DNA of 64,000 nt from an uncultured Pseudobdellovibrionaceae bacterium (GTDB taxonomy: Bacteria; Pseudomonadota; Alphaproteobacteria; Micavibrionales; Micavibrionaceae), in the NCBI GenBank assembly GCA_964583335.1, contig CAZOVG010000006.1, forward strand, positions 43,675 through 107,674, given 5' to 3'. The first letter of the stretch is position 1. Every line of letters starts with the position of its first letter. Below, piece by piece: positions 8,830 to 17,990 of the stretch. A program made the position numbers and the translations under genes. The notes under the pieces were generated by a model. The model made no database searches. It was not told where the DNA came from and worked only from the letters and a program-made list of their open reading frames with translations.

Positions 8830-9429
8830 TTACACACGAATCTCAATAATCGGAATGCCTGACCATTGGTGAAGGTTGATTTGTTCGATGGTGACAGCCA
8901 TGCGGTCTGTATCGAAGCGCACAGGCACGTCAAATTCATAATCAGCCGAAACGGCCACGCCATTTGCTGGCGGGGTAGAAAAGGTAATAATTCCCGTGGT
9001 GGTATTGACTGACCAGCCGGACATTTGCTGTACGCCTGCCAGATAGACTTTGACCGTGCCGGCCACGGGCTTGGTAATCGTGCGGACATCCGTTGCGCCA
9101 CCTGACGAATAGGTGCGGATCAACTGGAATGTCGTGATCGTGCCGTTGCCCGTGCCAAGCGCCTGTGCGGTTGCTTTGAAATCCGTCCAGTCCTTAAACC
9201 GGAAGCCATGCGCACGGCCCTTGCGCGCGCGGAAGAAGGCAACCAACGTATCGAGCTGCGTTTGTTTTTTAAGACCAGAAGCGACATCCCAGCGTCCGCG
9301 CGCTGCTGACCAGTTTATATTGCGCTGTTCGAAACCGGATGCCGTGGCAACGACGGACGTGGCAAATTCCGGCCCGCCCGTCGCGCCATAGGCAATATCA
9401 TTCGGGAATTGGACTTCATGAAACGCCAT
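8830..9429 (-). CDS. DUF2460-family distal tail protein (GTA g12-like)
   Basis: MAFHEVQFPNDIAYGATGGPEFATSVV is the conserved DUF2460/TIGR02217 start. It lies directly after the tape measure gene. Confidence 0.8.
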   Translation of the reverse strand: MAFHEVQFPNDIAYGATGGPEFATSVVATASGFEQRNINWSAARGRWDVASGLKKQTQLDTLVAFFRARKGRAHGFRFKDWTDFKATAQALGTGNGTITTFQLIRTYSSGGATDVRTITKPVAGTVKVYLAGVQQMSGWSVNTTTGIITFSTPPANGVAVSADYEFDVPVRFDTDRMAVTIEQINLHQWSGIPIIEIRV

Positions 9430-11973
9430 TTACAGGTTCCTCTTGGCGCGTTGAATGCCGCGCGCCGCTTCAGCCGTGATTTGCGATTGGCTCATGCGGA
9501 AACTGCTGGCATCCGGCGTGGTGATGTTCATGACGACATTGACGGGCGATCCCATGCGGGTGCCGTCTTTCGGCAACACGACTTCACCGCGTTCCAGAAT
9601 GGCAGGAATTTCCCCAGGCTTTAGCCCCGCAACGCCGCCCGTGTGATAGCGCGGCGCGCTGGCGAACACATAGGCAGGCACACGGCGCTGCGGCACGGAT
9701 CCACCAACTTCGCCACCTTCGTGGAAGATGCTGCTGAAAATGCTGTCCAGGAAACCGCCGCCGCCCATGCTGCTGCCCAGCATGTTGAAGAGCGGCCCCG
9801 TGATCGACTTCTGCACGGCCATGCGCGTGATGTCGGCCACGATGGAATTCGCCATGTCGCCCAGGCTTTGCAGACTTTTGCCGCCAGAGGTGACGAAATC
9901 CACAATCGCATCCTCGGTCGCCTTCATGCCTTCGGTGAAGGCTTTTTCGACCGCCGACGCTGCATCCTCGGCTTGTTCACGGTAATTGCGGAAGGCCCGC
10001 AACGCTCCGGCCTCGGCATCCTTGCGCGCGTCGAGCTGCTGTTTTTCAGCATTGGCGACGGCGCGGTTGTAAGTTTCCTGGCTGATTGCGCCAGCGTCGA
10101 GCATGTTTTTAAGACGCTCCAACTCTGCCGCATAGGCTTCCGTCGCCGTGCGCGTGGCGTTGGTGACTTGTTCGCCTTCCTGCTTCAGCTTGTTCAGCTT
10201 CTGCTGGGCTTCGCCTTGATCGTAAAGGGCCGCAGCCAGCTTTTCGACTTCGGCGCGCTGTGCCGACGTTGCATTATCCGACAAACGGCCAACGGCATCC
10301 TGAATGAACGCTGCGCGTTTATCGGTCAGGCGTTCAAGCTGCTTGTTCAGATCCTCGACGACTTTTTGCGCTTCGGAATATGCCTGACTGTCGAAAAGCT
10401 GCGCCGCCAGCTTACGCGTTTGTTCACGCTGCGCGTTGCTGGAGTCTTTTGACAGACGACCAACAGCTTGATCGATGAAGGCTTGACGTTTGTCGGCCAT
10501 GCCTAGCATCTGGCGCTGTAGGTCTTCCACGACCTTGGTATTTGCCTCCATCACACGGGTAGCAGCCTCGCGGGCGGGCTTCTCGATCGCGTCGATTTGA
10601 CGACGGGCGATTTCTTCCGCCTGTTTCAGCGCTGCACTCACCGCGTCGGAATTGCTACCGTCCTTTTCGCGTAGAGCTTCCAGCTTGGTGCGCGTAACAT
10701 CCAGCTCTTTATTGACCTTGGCGATGCGGTCGGCAGGATCGGTCGCCAATTTGTCAACGGCTTCGTCCAGCTTGCTGCGCTGTTCGCTCAAAAGATCAGC
10801 ACGTCGATCGCGCGCAGCCTGTTCCTGGGCGGCCTGCAGCTTTTGCTGCTCGGCTTCGTACTCCTGTGCTTCTTTGCGGGCTTGCGTCAGAAGGTTATTG
10901 ACCTCTGCGCGGAGCTTTTCCACACGGCTTTCCTGCCGTTCGATCATCGGACTCATGTCCGTAAACGGCAGAACGGGTTTGTAATTCTGCAGGCGCTTGA
11001 GGCGTTCTTCCTCTTCGGCCAAATCTTGACGTGCATCCATCAACTGCTTGCCGATGGGATCGTCTTTCATAAGGTTGCGCAAACCTTCGACGACATACGA
11101 CAGGCCGCTCAATGCACCTTCGGCGGCACCCGCGACTACGCGCGTTTGCCCGATATCCTCCAGCAAATTGCCCCAGGCATCGGACAGGCGGTTGGTAGCG
11201 CCCACCAGACCCGTCGCTTCCGCAGCGCCCGCACCGCCGACCTTGGATTCCAGAGCGTCTAGAATAACTTTTTGGGCTTCGGCCTGTTTGCCCGTGTCAA
11301 CGAGGGACTGGATCAGCTCTTTCTGGCTGTCGGTAAACAGGATGCCGATCCGGCGCAATGCCGTCAGACCCTGAGCCGGATTTTCCAGAGCTTTGCCGAG
11401 CTGGGTAACGCTGCCACGCAAGTCCGTACCGAACACGGCAGACATATCCTGCGCCAGCGTCATCGCACGGGTGAAAGTTTCGCCCGTGACAGAGCGGAAC
11501 GTCGCCATAACGCCTGCCGCATCCTGCACCTGTTCAGCGGTGGCCAGCGTTGAGGCTTCGATTTCGTCGGCAAAAGCCGCAATCTGCTTGCCGGACAGAC
11601 CCGTGGTATTGCCCGTCGCTTTCAATACAGCCTGCAGGCGATTGAAAGACTGCTCGGCCTCGGACGCATGTTCCAGGGCGGCCTTCAAGCCTACCGTGAC
11701 GACGGCCAAGGCTGCACCGACCGCCAAACCAACGGGGCCAATGGCACCCAGCGCCGATCCTAACGGGCCAAGGTTGCCCGTCAGGCCGACGACGGAGCCT
11801 TTCACGTCATTGGCGGCGGCATTCAGCGCCAGCAGCGATTTCGAGGCGGGTTGTCCGGCCAGCTCGATTTTCTTGAGGGACTTTTCACCCGTTTCGCCGA
11901 CCTCGCGCAGTTCCGCCTTGACCTTGCCGCCATCAAGAACGGTCAGGCGAATGGCAAGATTGCGTTCGGTCAT
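9430..11973 (-). CDS. Tail tape measure protein
   Basis: 847 aa, Ala/Gln/Glu-rich and helical with internal repeats. It sits between the frameshifted chaperone and the distal tail genes. Confidence 0.9.
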   Translation of the reverse strand: MTERNLAIRLTVLDGGKVKAELREVGETGEKSLKKIELAGQPASKSLLALNAAANDVKGSVVGLTGNLGPLGSALGAIGPVGLAVGAALAVVTVGLKAALEHASEAEQSFNRLQAVLKATGNTTGLSGKQIAAFADEIEASTLATAEQVQDAAGVMATFRSVTGETFTRAMTLAQDMSAVFGTDLRGSVTQLGKALENPAQGLTALRRIGILFTDSQKELIQSLVDTGKQAEAQKVILDALESKVGGAGAAEATGLVGATNRLSDAWGNLLEDIGQTRVVAGAAEGALSGLSYVVEGLRNLMKDDPIGKQLMDARQDLAEEEERLKRLQNYKPVLPFTDMSPMIERQESRVEKLRAEVNNLLTQARKEAQEYEAEQQKLQAAQEQAARDRRADLLSEQRSKLDEAVDKLATDPADRIAKVNKELDVTRTKLEALREKDGSNSDAVSAALKQAEEIARRQIDAIEKPAREAATRVMEANTKVVEDLQRQMLGMADKRQAFIDQAVGRLSKDSSNAQREQTRKLAAQLFDSQAYSEAQKVVEDLNKQLERLTDKRAAFIQDAVGRLSDNATSAQRAEVEKLAAALYDQGEAQQKLNKLKQEGEQVTNATRTATEAYAAELERLKNMLDAGAISQETYNRAVANAEKQQLDARKDAEAGALRAFRNYREQAEDAASAVEKAFTEGMKATEDAIVDFVTSGGKSLQSLGDMANSIVADITRMAVQKSITGPLFNMLGSSMGGGGFLDSIFSSIFHEGGEVGGSVPQRRVPAYVFASAPRYHTGGVAGLKPGEIPAILERGEVVLPKDGTRMGSPVNVVMNITTPDASSFRMSQSQITAEAARGIQRAKRNL
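10190..10500 (-). repeat. Internal ~165-nt (55-aa) duplication within tape measure gene
   Basis: ADKRQAFIDQAVGRLSKDSSNAQREQTRKLAAQLFD and TDKRAAFIQDAVGRLSDNATSAQRAEVEKLAAALYD are adjacent copies. Confidence 0.7.
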
Positions 11974-12338
11974 CGGTTTTTCATCTCGCTACTGAGTTTT
12001 TCGTTAAATGCACTGGTCATCCCAGCTTCCACGGCGGGCAGGAATTCCGCCGTGGCGTTTGCGTCATGGCCGAGTGATGCCGCAACTTGCAGCGCCGCCG
12101 AAAAATCCATGCCGATGGCGACCATTTGACTCAGGCGCAATTGCCCGCCGCAACGGAGCGCCAGATCCCAGGCTTGCCAGCCTTCCATGCTGTGCGGTTC
12201 ATGCTGCCGATACGGGCAGAGTTCGCCTTCCGCGTTTGCTTCGCCGCGTGCGCAAGGCAAATCCGCGTCCTGGCAAGAAGCGCAGTAATCCGGCCCGCCG
12301 CCAAAGTGCCAGCGGCAACGAGCCGTTAGGCGTTTTTT
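11970..12338 (-). CDS. -1 frame extension of tail assembly chaperone (gpT-like part of a G-T fusion)
   Basis: ORF 11970..12401 is in the -1 frame relative to 12326..12664. After the slip it reads KKRLTARCRWHFGGG..., and its stop overlaps the tape measure ATG (ATGA). Confidence 0.65.
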   Translation of the reverse strand, partial: KKRLTARCRWHFGGGPDYCASCQDADLPCARGEANAEGELCPYRQHEPHSMEGWQAWDLALRCGGQLRLSQMVAIGMDFSAALQVAASLGHDANATAEFLPAVEAGMTSAFNEKLSSEMKNR

Positions 12339-12664
12339 TCCTGCTCCAGCAACAATGCGGGGCCGAGATAAAGACGCTCGAAGGCTTCGGCGATGGGCCA
12401 CAAATCCATAAGGGCGAATACACCCTCCGGCGTGACGGGCAACGCTTCGCCGTCCTCACCGCCGACACCGTCCCATTCGACGATGGCCAGTTGCGCCAAT
12501 CGTTTGATCAGCGCCGTGCTGCGCAAAGCGGGTTCGGCTTCAGCTTTCAAGGCTTCGACGCGCGCCGCCATCACAAGAGCGGTGGATGCCGGACGCACAT
12601 GCACGCGCACGCCGGAAATCAGATCAAGCCAGTAGTTTTCACGTTTCAGGTTCAAGGTAATCAT
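12326..12664 (-). CDS. Tail assembly chaperone (gpG-like, zero-frame product)
   Basis: ORF trimmed to the ATG at 12664 (ATGA overlap with the major tail gene stop). 112 aa and acidic. It lies immediately upstream of the tape measure gene. Confidence 0.75.
   Translation of the reverse strand: MITLNLKRENYWLDLISGVRVHVRPASTALVMAARVEALKAEAEPALRSTALIKRLAQLAIVEWDGVGGEDGEALPVTPEGVFALMDLWPIAEAFERLYLGPALLLEQEKNA
12332..12338 (-). promoter_or_regulatory. Slippery heptamer A_AAA_AAC for programmed -1 ribosomal frameshift
   Basis: The minus strand reads CAG GAA AAA AAC GCC TAA. This gives X_XXY_YYZ = A_AAA_AAC in the zero frame, 2 codons before the chaperone stop. Confidence 0.65.
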
Positions 12665-13602
12665 GCGTAGCTCGCTACATCGTTTTTGAGGACAACAGTC
12701 AGCATGCGCGCGGGGCTGGTCGCCTTCGCCGCTTGCCAATCAAAGGTGGCCTGGACACCGCCAGGGCCGGAGATCGCCAGTTTCGGTTTCGGCAAATACA
12801 CTTCGTGCGCCGTAAACGTTAGCGATTTATCGGCATCGATGGTGTAAGCGAACGCCAATTCCAGCGGCGTATTGTCGGTTGCCGCATCGATCAGCGTGGT
12901 GTCGGCAAACCGCACTTCGATGTTTCCGGTCAGCGCCGCGATAGTCGGATCTGCACCGTCGATCTTGCCGTCCGAACGGATGGTTTCGATACGTTCCAGG
13001 TTATTGGTGTAGGTCAACTGCGCACCCGTCACGTTGCCAAGCTGCACACCGTCCTTTTTGATCGACCCCTGGAATTGGTTGAAGCGCGTGAGCGATGCTA
13101 CGGTCGGTGTACCACCACCCGTAACTGCCGCGTCGGTTTCACCCTGAGCGATGCAATTGAGTGTGGCATTGGCAGCCCCCGAACGAGAGAAGCTCAATTG
13201 TGCTGAATTGACACGCACACCGGATTCCATGAAAAAGATAGGCACCTCCGGCATGCCAACTTCCAGCGCAATGCTGGGCAGGCTGGATAATCCAGAGGCA
13301 AAGGTATGGGTGTAAGGCCCGCTACCAGTCGTGGTCGGCGCACCGAGGAGCGCCTTCAGCCAATGGCCGAAGTTGCGTAAGTCCACGGGGACGACGACGT
13401 TGCCTTCCACGCGGATAACGTCGCGGATCGGCTGGGATGGATCGCGGCCTTGACCCAACAGATCGGATGCGATCAAACCCTGTTCGGAACCGAGATCGGA
13501 CGAGACGAACGGGAATTTGATATAGTTTCCGGTCGGCGGGGTGCCGTAAACCGTTTCGAATTTACCCAATAGCTGGGCATTGGCACCGTATGCACGAGCC
13601 AT
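12661..13602 (-). CDS. Major tail (tube) protein
   Basis: 313 aa, in the position between the tail terminator-like gene and the chaperones. It is preceded by a good spacer and is beta-rich. Confidence 0.7.
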   Translation of the reverse strand: MARAYGANAQLLGKFETVYGTPPTGNYIKFPFVSSDLGSEQGLIASDLLGQGRDPSQPIRDVIRVEGNVVVPVDLRNFGHWLKALLGAPTTTGSGPYTHTFASGLSSLPSIALEVGMPEVPIFFMESGVRVNSAQLSFSRSGAANATLNCIAQGETDAAVTGGGTPTVASLTRFNQFQGSIKKDGVQLGNVTGAQLTYTNNLERIETIRSDGKIDGADPTIAALTGNIEVRFADTTLIDAATDNTPLELAFAYTIDADKSLTFTAHEVYLPKPKLAISGPGGVQATFDWQAAKATSPARMLTVVLKNDVASYA

Positions 13603-13632
13603 GGTTACCTCCTATGTTGGCGTTGAAAAAAA

Positions 13633-14061
13633 TCAGCCGAGCGGATCGGCGGTGACGTAGATAAGTTCGATGGGGATGACCGCGCCCTTGATCTGCGGCG
13701 ATCCTTCGACCGCCAGCACGTTGCTGTCTGGCGCTTGCGGCGTGACGCGGTCGCACAACCCACCCAGCGTGCGGTCGCCTGCGATGGCGAGAGCGATTTT
13801 CCGGTAAAGACCGTCGAGCGCGAGATCTCGCGCGGCCTGGTCGCCTTTTTGAACGACAGCTTCCACCAGCGCGCGGTGCTGCCAGTAATAAGACACGGGC
13901 GAAAGCAGCGTTTCCGGATCACCAGGATCGCCGTCGCGCAGAATAATCAGGCCGCCGTCCGGAATGCGTTCGGGCAAAACCTCGTTGCGCAAAACAGTAG
14001 CATCGGCGATGGTTTGCAGACGCACGAACAATGCCTGCAGGATGGCTTCTCTATCGGTCAT
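13633..14061 (-). CDS. Tail terminator/tail completion-like protein
   Basis: ORF trimmed to the ATG at 14061 (ATGA overlap). 142 aa, in the conserved neck position upstream of the tube gene. Confidence 0.55.
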   Translation of the reverse strand: MTDREAILQALFVRLQTIADATVLRNEVLPERIPDGGLIILRDGDPGDPETLLSPVSYYWQHRALVEAVVQKGDQAARDLALDGLYRKIALAIAGDRTLGGLCDRVTPQAPDSNVLAVEGSPQIKGAVIPIELIYVTADPLG

Positions 14062-14705
14062 TTTTCTTCCTTTTCGTCGGGCCAGCTTGCCGTGACGAGT
14101 GACGGCAAACGCTCGATCCATTTTTTGGCAACGCTGTCGATGTCGAAGCGCTTCTTGAGTTGCGCCTGCGGGACGAGAATGAACATGACGACGGTGGTTA
14201 AACCGCGTCCGGTTTTTTTCGCGCGGTCGCTGGCAACCCGCGCACGCCCTTTGCTGGTGATGCGAAAATCGTCAGCGACCAGCAATCCAACACGCCGCGC
14301 GCCCTGGGGCGGGACATAGCGGAGCGGAATGCCTGCCTCGGCAAAATCGGCAGGCGTGATTTTCTTGTTCTGGCGGCGGGTAACGTATTGAGTCGGGATT
14401 GCCAGAAAGCGACCCTGTTTGCTGCGAATGCTTGCGCCATACGCAAAAGCGCCGATGATGTGTGGCGCTTTGGTGTAGACAAAGCCAGCAGCGTTGATGC
14501 TCATGCCGCCCTTGGGGTAAAGATCGCCGCGCCAGCTTTTGGCAAGGCGTTCCCCAAGGCCAGCACCTGTCACCTGGCCGCGCAATTCGTTCTTCAAACC
14601 ATCCGTCGCTTGACGCACGCCGCCGCTGACAGCTTTTTCAGCAGCTTTAACTTCGGCGGCCATCATGGCTTTCAAATTGCCTTGAATGGCGGCTTGCAGT
14701 CTCAT
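14058..14705 (-). CDS. Conserved neck/head-completion protein (DUF6441-like, tentative)
   Basis: 215 aa with ATGA overlaps on both sides. It sits between the head-tail adaptor and the terminator-like gene. Confidence 0.5.
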   Translation of the reverse strand: MRLQAAIQGNLKAMMAAEVKAAEKAVSGGVRQATDGLKNELRGQVTGAGLGERLAKSWRGDLYPKGGMSINAAGFVYTKAPHIIGAFAYGASIRSKQGRFLAIPTQYVTRRQNKKITPADFAEAGIPLRYVPPQGARRVGLLVADDFRITSKGRARVASDRAKKTGRGLTTVVMFILVPQAQLKKRFDIDSVAKKWIERLPSLVTASWPDEKEEK

Positions 14706-15013
14706 GCGGGCCTCACATCGAGCGTCCAGACAAGGCGCTCACGGTCTGCTTTGGGTTCGGATTGCACGACGTAGGTGATGCCGTCGTAAGTGATTTGATC
14801 GCCGATGGCGGGTTCTGGAATCTCCAGGCTGCGCACATCGAACAGGGTTGTGGAGACATGCAATTGCCCATCCCCGAATCCCACCACCGTATCCGGCTGC
14901 TTTGGGATCACCCGCACCGGATACGGTGTGGATGTGCCAAATGCCAGATAGGTGGCGGGCTTGCTCAATACGGGATCCGTAAAGAGCTGGTCGATCATGC
15001 CGGAGAAAGCCAT
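14702..15013 (-). CDS. Head-tail joining/adaptor protein
   Basis: 103 aa, immediately downstream of the major capsid gene. Size and position are typical for this role. Confidence 0.55.
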   Translation of the reverse strand: MAFSGMIDQLFTDPVLSKPATYLAFGTSTPYPVRVIPKQPDTVVGFGDGQLHVSTTLFDVRSLEIPEPAIGDQITYDGITYVVQSEPKADRERLVWTLDVRPA

Positions 15014-15018
15014 GGGCT

Positions 15019-16035
15019 TTACGTCCGTTTGCCTTTGATCAACACTTTCGGGCGGGTGCAGATCGGCAGAGGGTTGGACTGCGTGTGCAGCTTGACCCAG
15101 CGACCGAACTCCTGATCCACGGCCTGTTTGGCGTAACGCGGCAGACCGAGGGTGTTCACCGTTTCGACGAAGTCGGCAGGCGCGTTGTATTGACGGAACA
15201 GCCCAGGCACGCCCACGGGGAAGAAGTGTGCCTTGTTGCTGTCGGCGTAATCCACCGTGCCAACCTTGCCGCGATATTCCTCGAATACGATGCCAGCATA
15301 TTCGAAGGAACCGCGGGCCTGACCTTGGCGCAGGAACAGGCCGTCCATATAGCGGTCATAGGCTTCCTTGACCTCCTTATGGGTGATCAGGTCATCGAAG
15401 AAGGCCGAGCCGCAGAACGCATGAATGTGATCATACGGTTGTGCGCCAAGCTCATCTTCGATTTTGCGCCGGACGTCATGGCATTTCTTCTTGACCGCAC
15501 CATCGACGGGCGAAGCATTGTCGAGATCGAAGTCGATCTCGGTGTATTGCGTCACGCCGAATTCGTTGAACAGGTCGTAAAGAACGGTGCTGCCGTCCGC
15601 GTCGAGGATTTGTCCCTTGATGGCACCGACGCGCAAATGCTCCAGCGTGGCATCGTGCTTGCGGGACATTTCCGCCAGGCGGAATTGCACCGTTTGCTGG
15701 ATGCCTTCGAGCTGGCTTTCGGAGCCGAAAGCGCGAAGGTTCTGGATTTCATCCGCGAGGATGGTGTCTTCAAGAGCCACATGCGGCACGATGAACGAAC
15801 GGGCTTTACGCTTGTTCGTCGTGTTTTGCGCCGCAGGGGAACCGCGCGAGGTTGTCTCAATCAGATTGAGACTGCCTTCGCGTTCCTCGATCATGACCGA
15901 GGTGGTAACGATGCCCGTCTCGTCGAACAGGCCGAGTTGGCCGATCCGACCAGGTACAAAAGGCACCTTGTTGATGGCGTCCGTCAGGGAAATGACGGAA
16001 AACGCCGAGTTGCTGAAAATATCGAGAGCAGGCAT
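15019..16035 (-). CDS. Major capsid protein, lambda gpE family
   Basis: 338 aa. The start MPALDIFSNSAFSVISLTDAINKVPFVPGRIGQLGLF is typical of the Phage_cap_E family. It follows a gpD-like gene. Confidence 0.85.
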   Translation of the reverse strand: MPALDIFSNSAFSVISLTDAINKVPFVPGRIGQLGLFDETGIVTTSVMIEEREGSLNLIETTSRGSPAAQNTTNKRKARSFIVPHVALEDTILADEIQNLRAFGSESQLEGIQQTVQFRLAEMSRKHDATLEHLRVGAIKGQILDADGSTVLYDLFNEFGVTQYTEIDFDLDNASPVDGAVKKKCHDVRRKIEDELGAQPYDHIHAFCGSAFFDDLITHKEVKEAYDRYMDGLFLRQGQARGSFEYAGIVFEEYRGKVGTVDYADSNKAHFFPVGVPGLFRQYNAPADFVETVNTLGLPRYAKQAVDQEFGRWVKLHTQSNPLPICTRPKVLIKGKRT

Positions 16036-16065
16036 GGATGTTGTCCTTTCAAGGTTAAAGAGCGC

Positions 16066-16099
16066 AAAGAAAAACCCCCGCCTGGAGATCAGGCGGGGG
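16066..16099 (-). terminator. Rho-independent terminator between decoration and capsid genes
   Basis: 10-bp GC stem (cccccgcctg / caggcggggg) with a 5-nt loop, followed on the minus strand by tttttctttg. Confidence 0.75.
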
Positions 16100-16125
16100 T
16101 TGGTTTTCTTCGAGCCGTGGTGGGT

Positions 16126-16767
16126 TTACCGCGCGATGATGTCGTGGGTTTTCAGTTGTGCGAGGCCAGCAGATTTCTGGTTCGCGTCCGCGCCGGAGAA
16201 CCAAATCAGCTCTTCGGCATTGACTTCGGCATGACGGGCAATAACCACGCCTTCCGTATCGCCGCCCGTGGCATCCACGGAGGCATACAGAATGGCCACG
16301 GCGGTTTGCGAACCATCCGTGTTGGCGGGGTTATATTCCTTGTATTTGCCGGAGCCAGCCGCCACCGTGATCGCAAAGCGGTCGCCCGCCACGAAATCGG
16401 TTGCGCCATCCGCGATGGTGAAGTTGACAGGCCCCGCGAAAGGGGTGCCAACCACAGCCGTGCCGACATTCACGCCATCGGGGTCTTCGACCGAGAACGT
16501 ACCGCCGTTGGCAGCAGGCTCGATCAAGTTTGCCGTATAGACGCCAGCTTTGGCGGTTGCGCCCGCAGAGACCGCGCTGATCGCGCCGTTTCCGGTATTG
16601 CCGGAGACGGCTGCGCCCGTTGCGGTGCCGACGGCAACCTTGCCCAGCACATGACCCGCTTTGAGGTTCTGGCCGGACAGGACGGTCGCAGATTCACGCG
16701 ACAGGCTGCCATTGGCTTCCGTCACGATAAATTCGCCCGCGTGTTGTTCTTCGGTAAGTTCAGTCAT
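16126..16767 (-). CDS. Head decoration protein (gpD-like), enlarged
   Basis: EFIVTEANGSLSRESATVLSGQNLKAGHVLGKV is typical of decoration proteins. At 213 aa it is about twice the usual length. Confidence 0.7.
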   Translation of the reverse strand: MTELTEEQHAGEFIVTEANGSLSRESATVLSGQNLKAGHVLGKVAVGTATGAAVSGNTGNGAISAVSAGATAKAGVYTANLIEPAANGGTFSVEDPDGVNVGTAVVGTPFAGPVNFTIADGATDFVAGDRFAITVAAGSGKYKEYNPANTDGSQTAVAILYASVDATGGDTEGVVIARHAEVNAEELIWFSGADANQKSAGLAQLKTHDIIAR

Positions 16768-16769
16768 GG

Positions 16770-17990
16770 TTATTTTCCTTTCTTGTTGCGGGCCGCATAG
16801 ATCGCTGCCGTGTCGATCTTCGGTTCCGCGTTGGTGGTGGGATTGGCGTTGGCGGGGATTTGACCAGCGATGGCCGTCGCATCCGCTTGTGCGGCGCGGG
16901 TTTCAAGCAGCGCCTTGCGCACCTCGGCAGCGGGAACCGCCTTGGTGATGAAAGCCGCAGCTTTGTCCGGTACGCCCGCGAGCTGGCACAGCTCGGTGAC
17001 TTCTGCGACATAGGCCATGGCTTCGGCTTTCGCTTCTTCCTTGAGATCGGCTTTCAAAGCCGCGAGGTCGGGAATGGACTCCATGTCGGGATCCATGTCC
17101 TCTGCAGGTTGTGTGTTTTCCGTCATTGGTGTTTCCTTTCTTTTCAGGGTTCTGGTGGTTAGACTTGATGGGCGGGCGATCTTCTTCGTGAGATCGGACA
17201 AGGCGTCGCCCATCGTCCCGATCCGGTCTGCAAGCCCTGCGGCCACCGACTGCTCTCCGAAATACAGCGCCGCTTCGGTTTCCTTGATGGCGGCAAGATC
17301 AAGCCCGCGCATGCGCGCGACTGTTTCCGTGAAGAGCGCGTAGACGCGATCCACCTCCGTCTGTAACTGCGCGCGGGCGGGATCGCTCAAGGGTTCATGT
17401 GGCGAGAGATCGTTCTTATGTTCGCCCGCATAGATTGCGGTGTATTTCAAGCCCGCGTCGGCTTCGGCCACGCTCTGGTCGAGATGCACGGCGATAACGC
17501 CGATGGAACCGACACCGCCCGTGCGCGAGAGATAGATACGATCCGCAGCCGCTGCGATGGCATAGGCAGCGGAAAATGCTTCGTCGTTTGCAACAGCCCA
17601 GATCGGTTTGACCTTGCGCGCGGCAAAAATCTTGTCCGCCAGATCGAACACGCCGCCAGCTTCACCGCCAGGGCTGTCGATATCGAGCAGAATGGCTTTG
17701 ACGGCGTTGTCCTGTAGCGCGGCATCCAGCCGTTCCGCAATCAGGCCGTAACTCATCAGGCCGCTCTGCGCTTCCAGTCCGATTGTCCGGCGCACTAGGG
17801 TGCCGACCACGGGAATGATGGCAATGCCGTTTTCAACTTCATAATCGCGGGTGACAGGTTTTGCGCCAAACGGCAGGCTTTCACCGCGCAGGCGAGGAAC
17901 AAGCACCCCAAGGATGGTGTCCAGCTTGGCACGGGCAATCAAAAGGGGCGCATCAAACACGCGCCCCGCAATGTGTGGCAGGAGGGTCAT
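16770..17990 (-). CDS. S49-family head maturation protease with C-terminal scaffold-like region (lambda gpC-like)
   Basis: ILLDIDSPGGEAGG and the SAAYAIAAAADRIY Ser context are present. The C-terminal region is helical and Ala/Glu-rich. It follows the portal gene. Confidence 0.85.
   Translation of the reverse strand: MTLLPHIAGRVFDAPLLIARAKLDTILGVLVPRLRGESLPFGAKPVTRDYEVENGIAIIPVVGTLVRRTIGLEAQSGLMSYGLIAERLDAALQDNAVKAILLDIDSPGGEAGGVFDLADKIFAARKVKPIWAVANDEAFSAAYAIAAAADRIYLSRTGGVGSIGVIAVHLDQSVAEADAGLKYTAIYAGEHKNDLSPHEPLSDPARAQLQTEVDRVYALFTETVARMRGLDLAAIKETEAALYFGEQSVAAGLADRIGTMGDALSDLTKKIARPSSLTTRTLKRKETPMTENTQPAEDMDPDMESIPDLAALKADLKEEAKAEAMAYVAEVTELCQLAGVPDKAAAFITKAVPAAEVRKALLETRAAQADATAIAGQIPANANPTTNAEPKIDTAAIYAARNKKGK

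Noticed and set aside
12008-12670. 220-aa + strand ORF across the tail chaperone region
   Set aside because: It is antisense to the chaperone and frameshift genes. The minus-strand reading is supported by start/stop coupling to the major tail and tape measure genes and by the slippery site.
15085-16800. 571-aa + strand ORF
   Set aside because: It is antisense to the major capsid and decoration genes and runs straight through the intergenic terminator. Its composition is Arg/Gly/Ala/His-rich, typical of shadow frames in GC-rich coding DNA, and it has no RBS. The minus-strand genes have clear family motifs.
16770-17990. Possible nested scaffold gene (lambda Nu3-like internal start) inside the S49 protease gene
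   Set aside because: This is plausible by analogy, but I could not identify a convincing internal RBS and start from the sequence alone, so it is not annotated.
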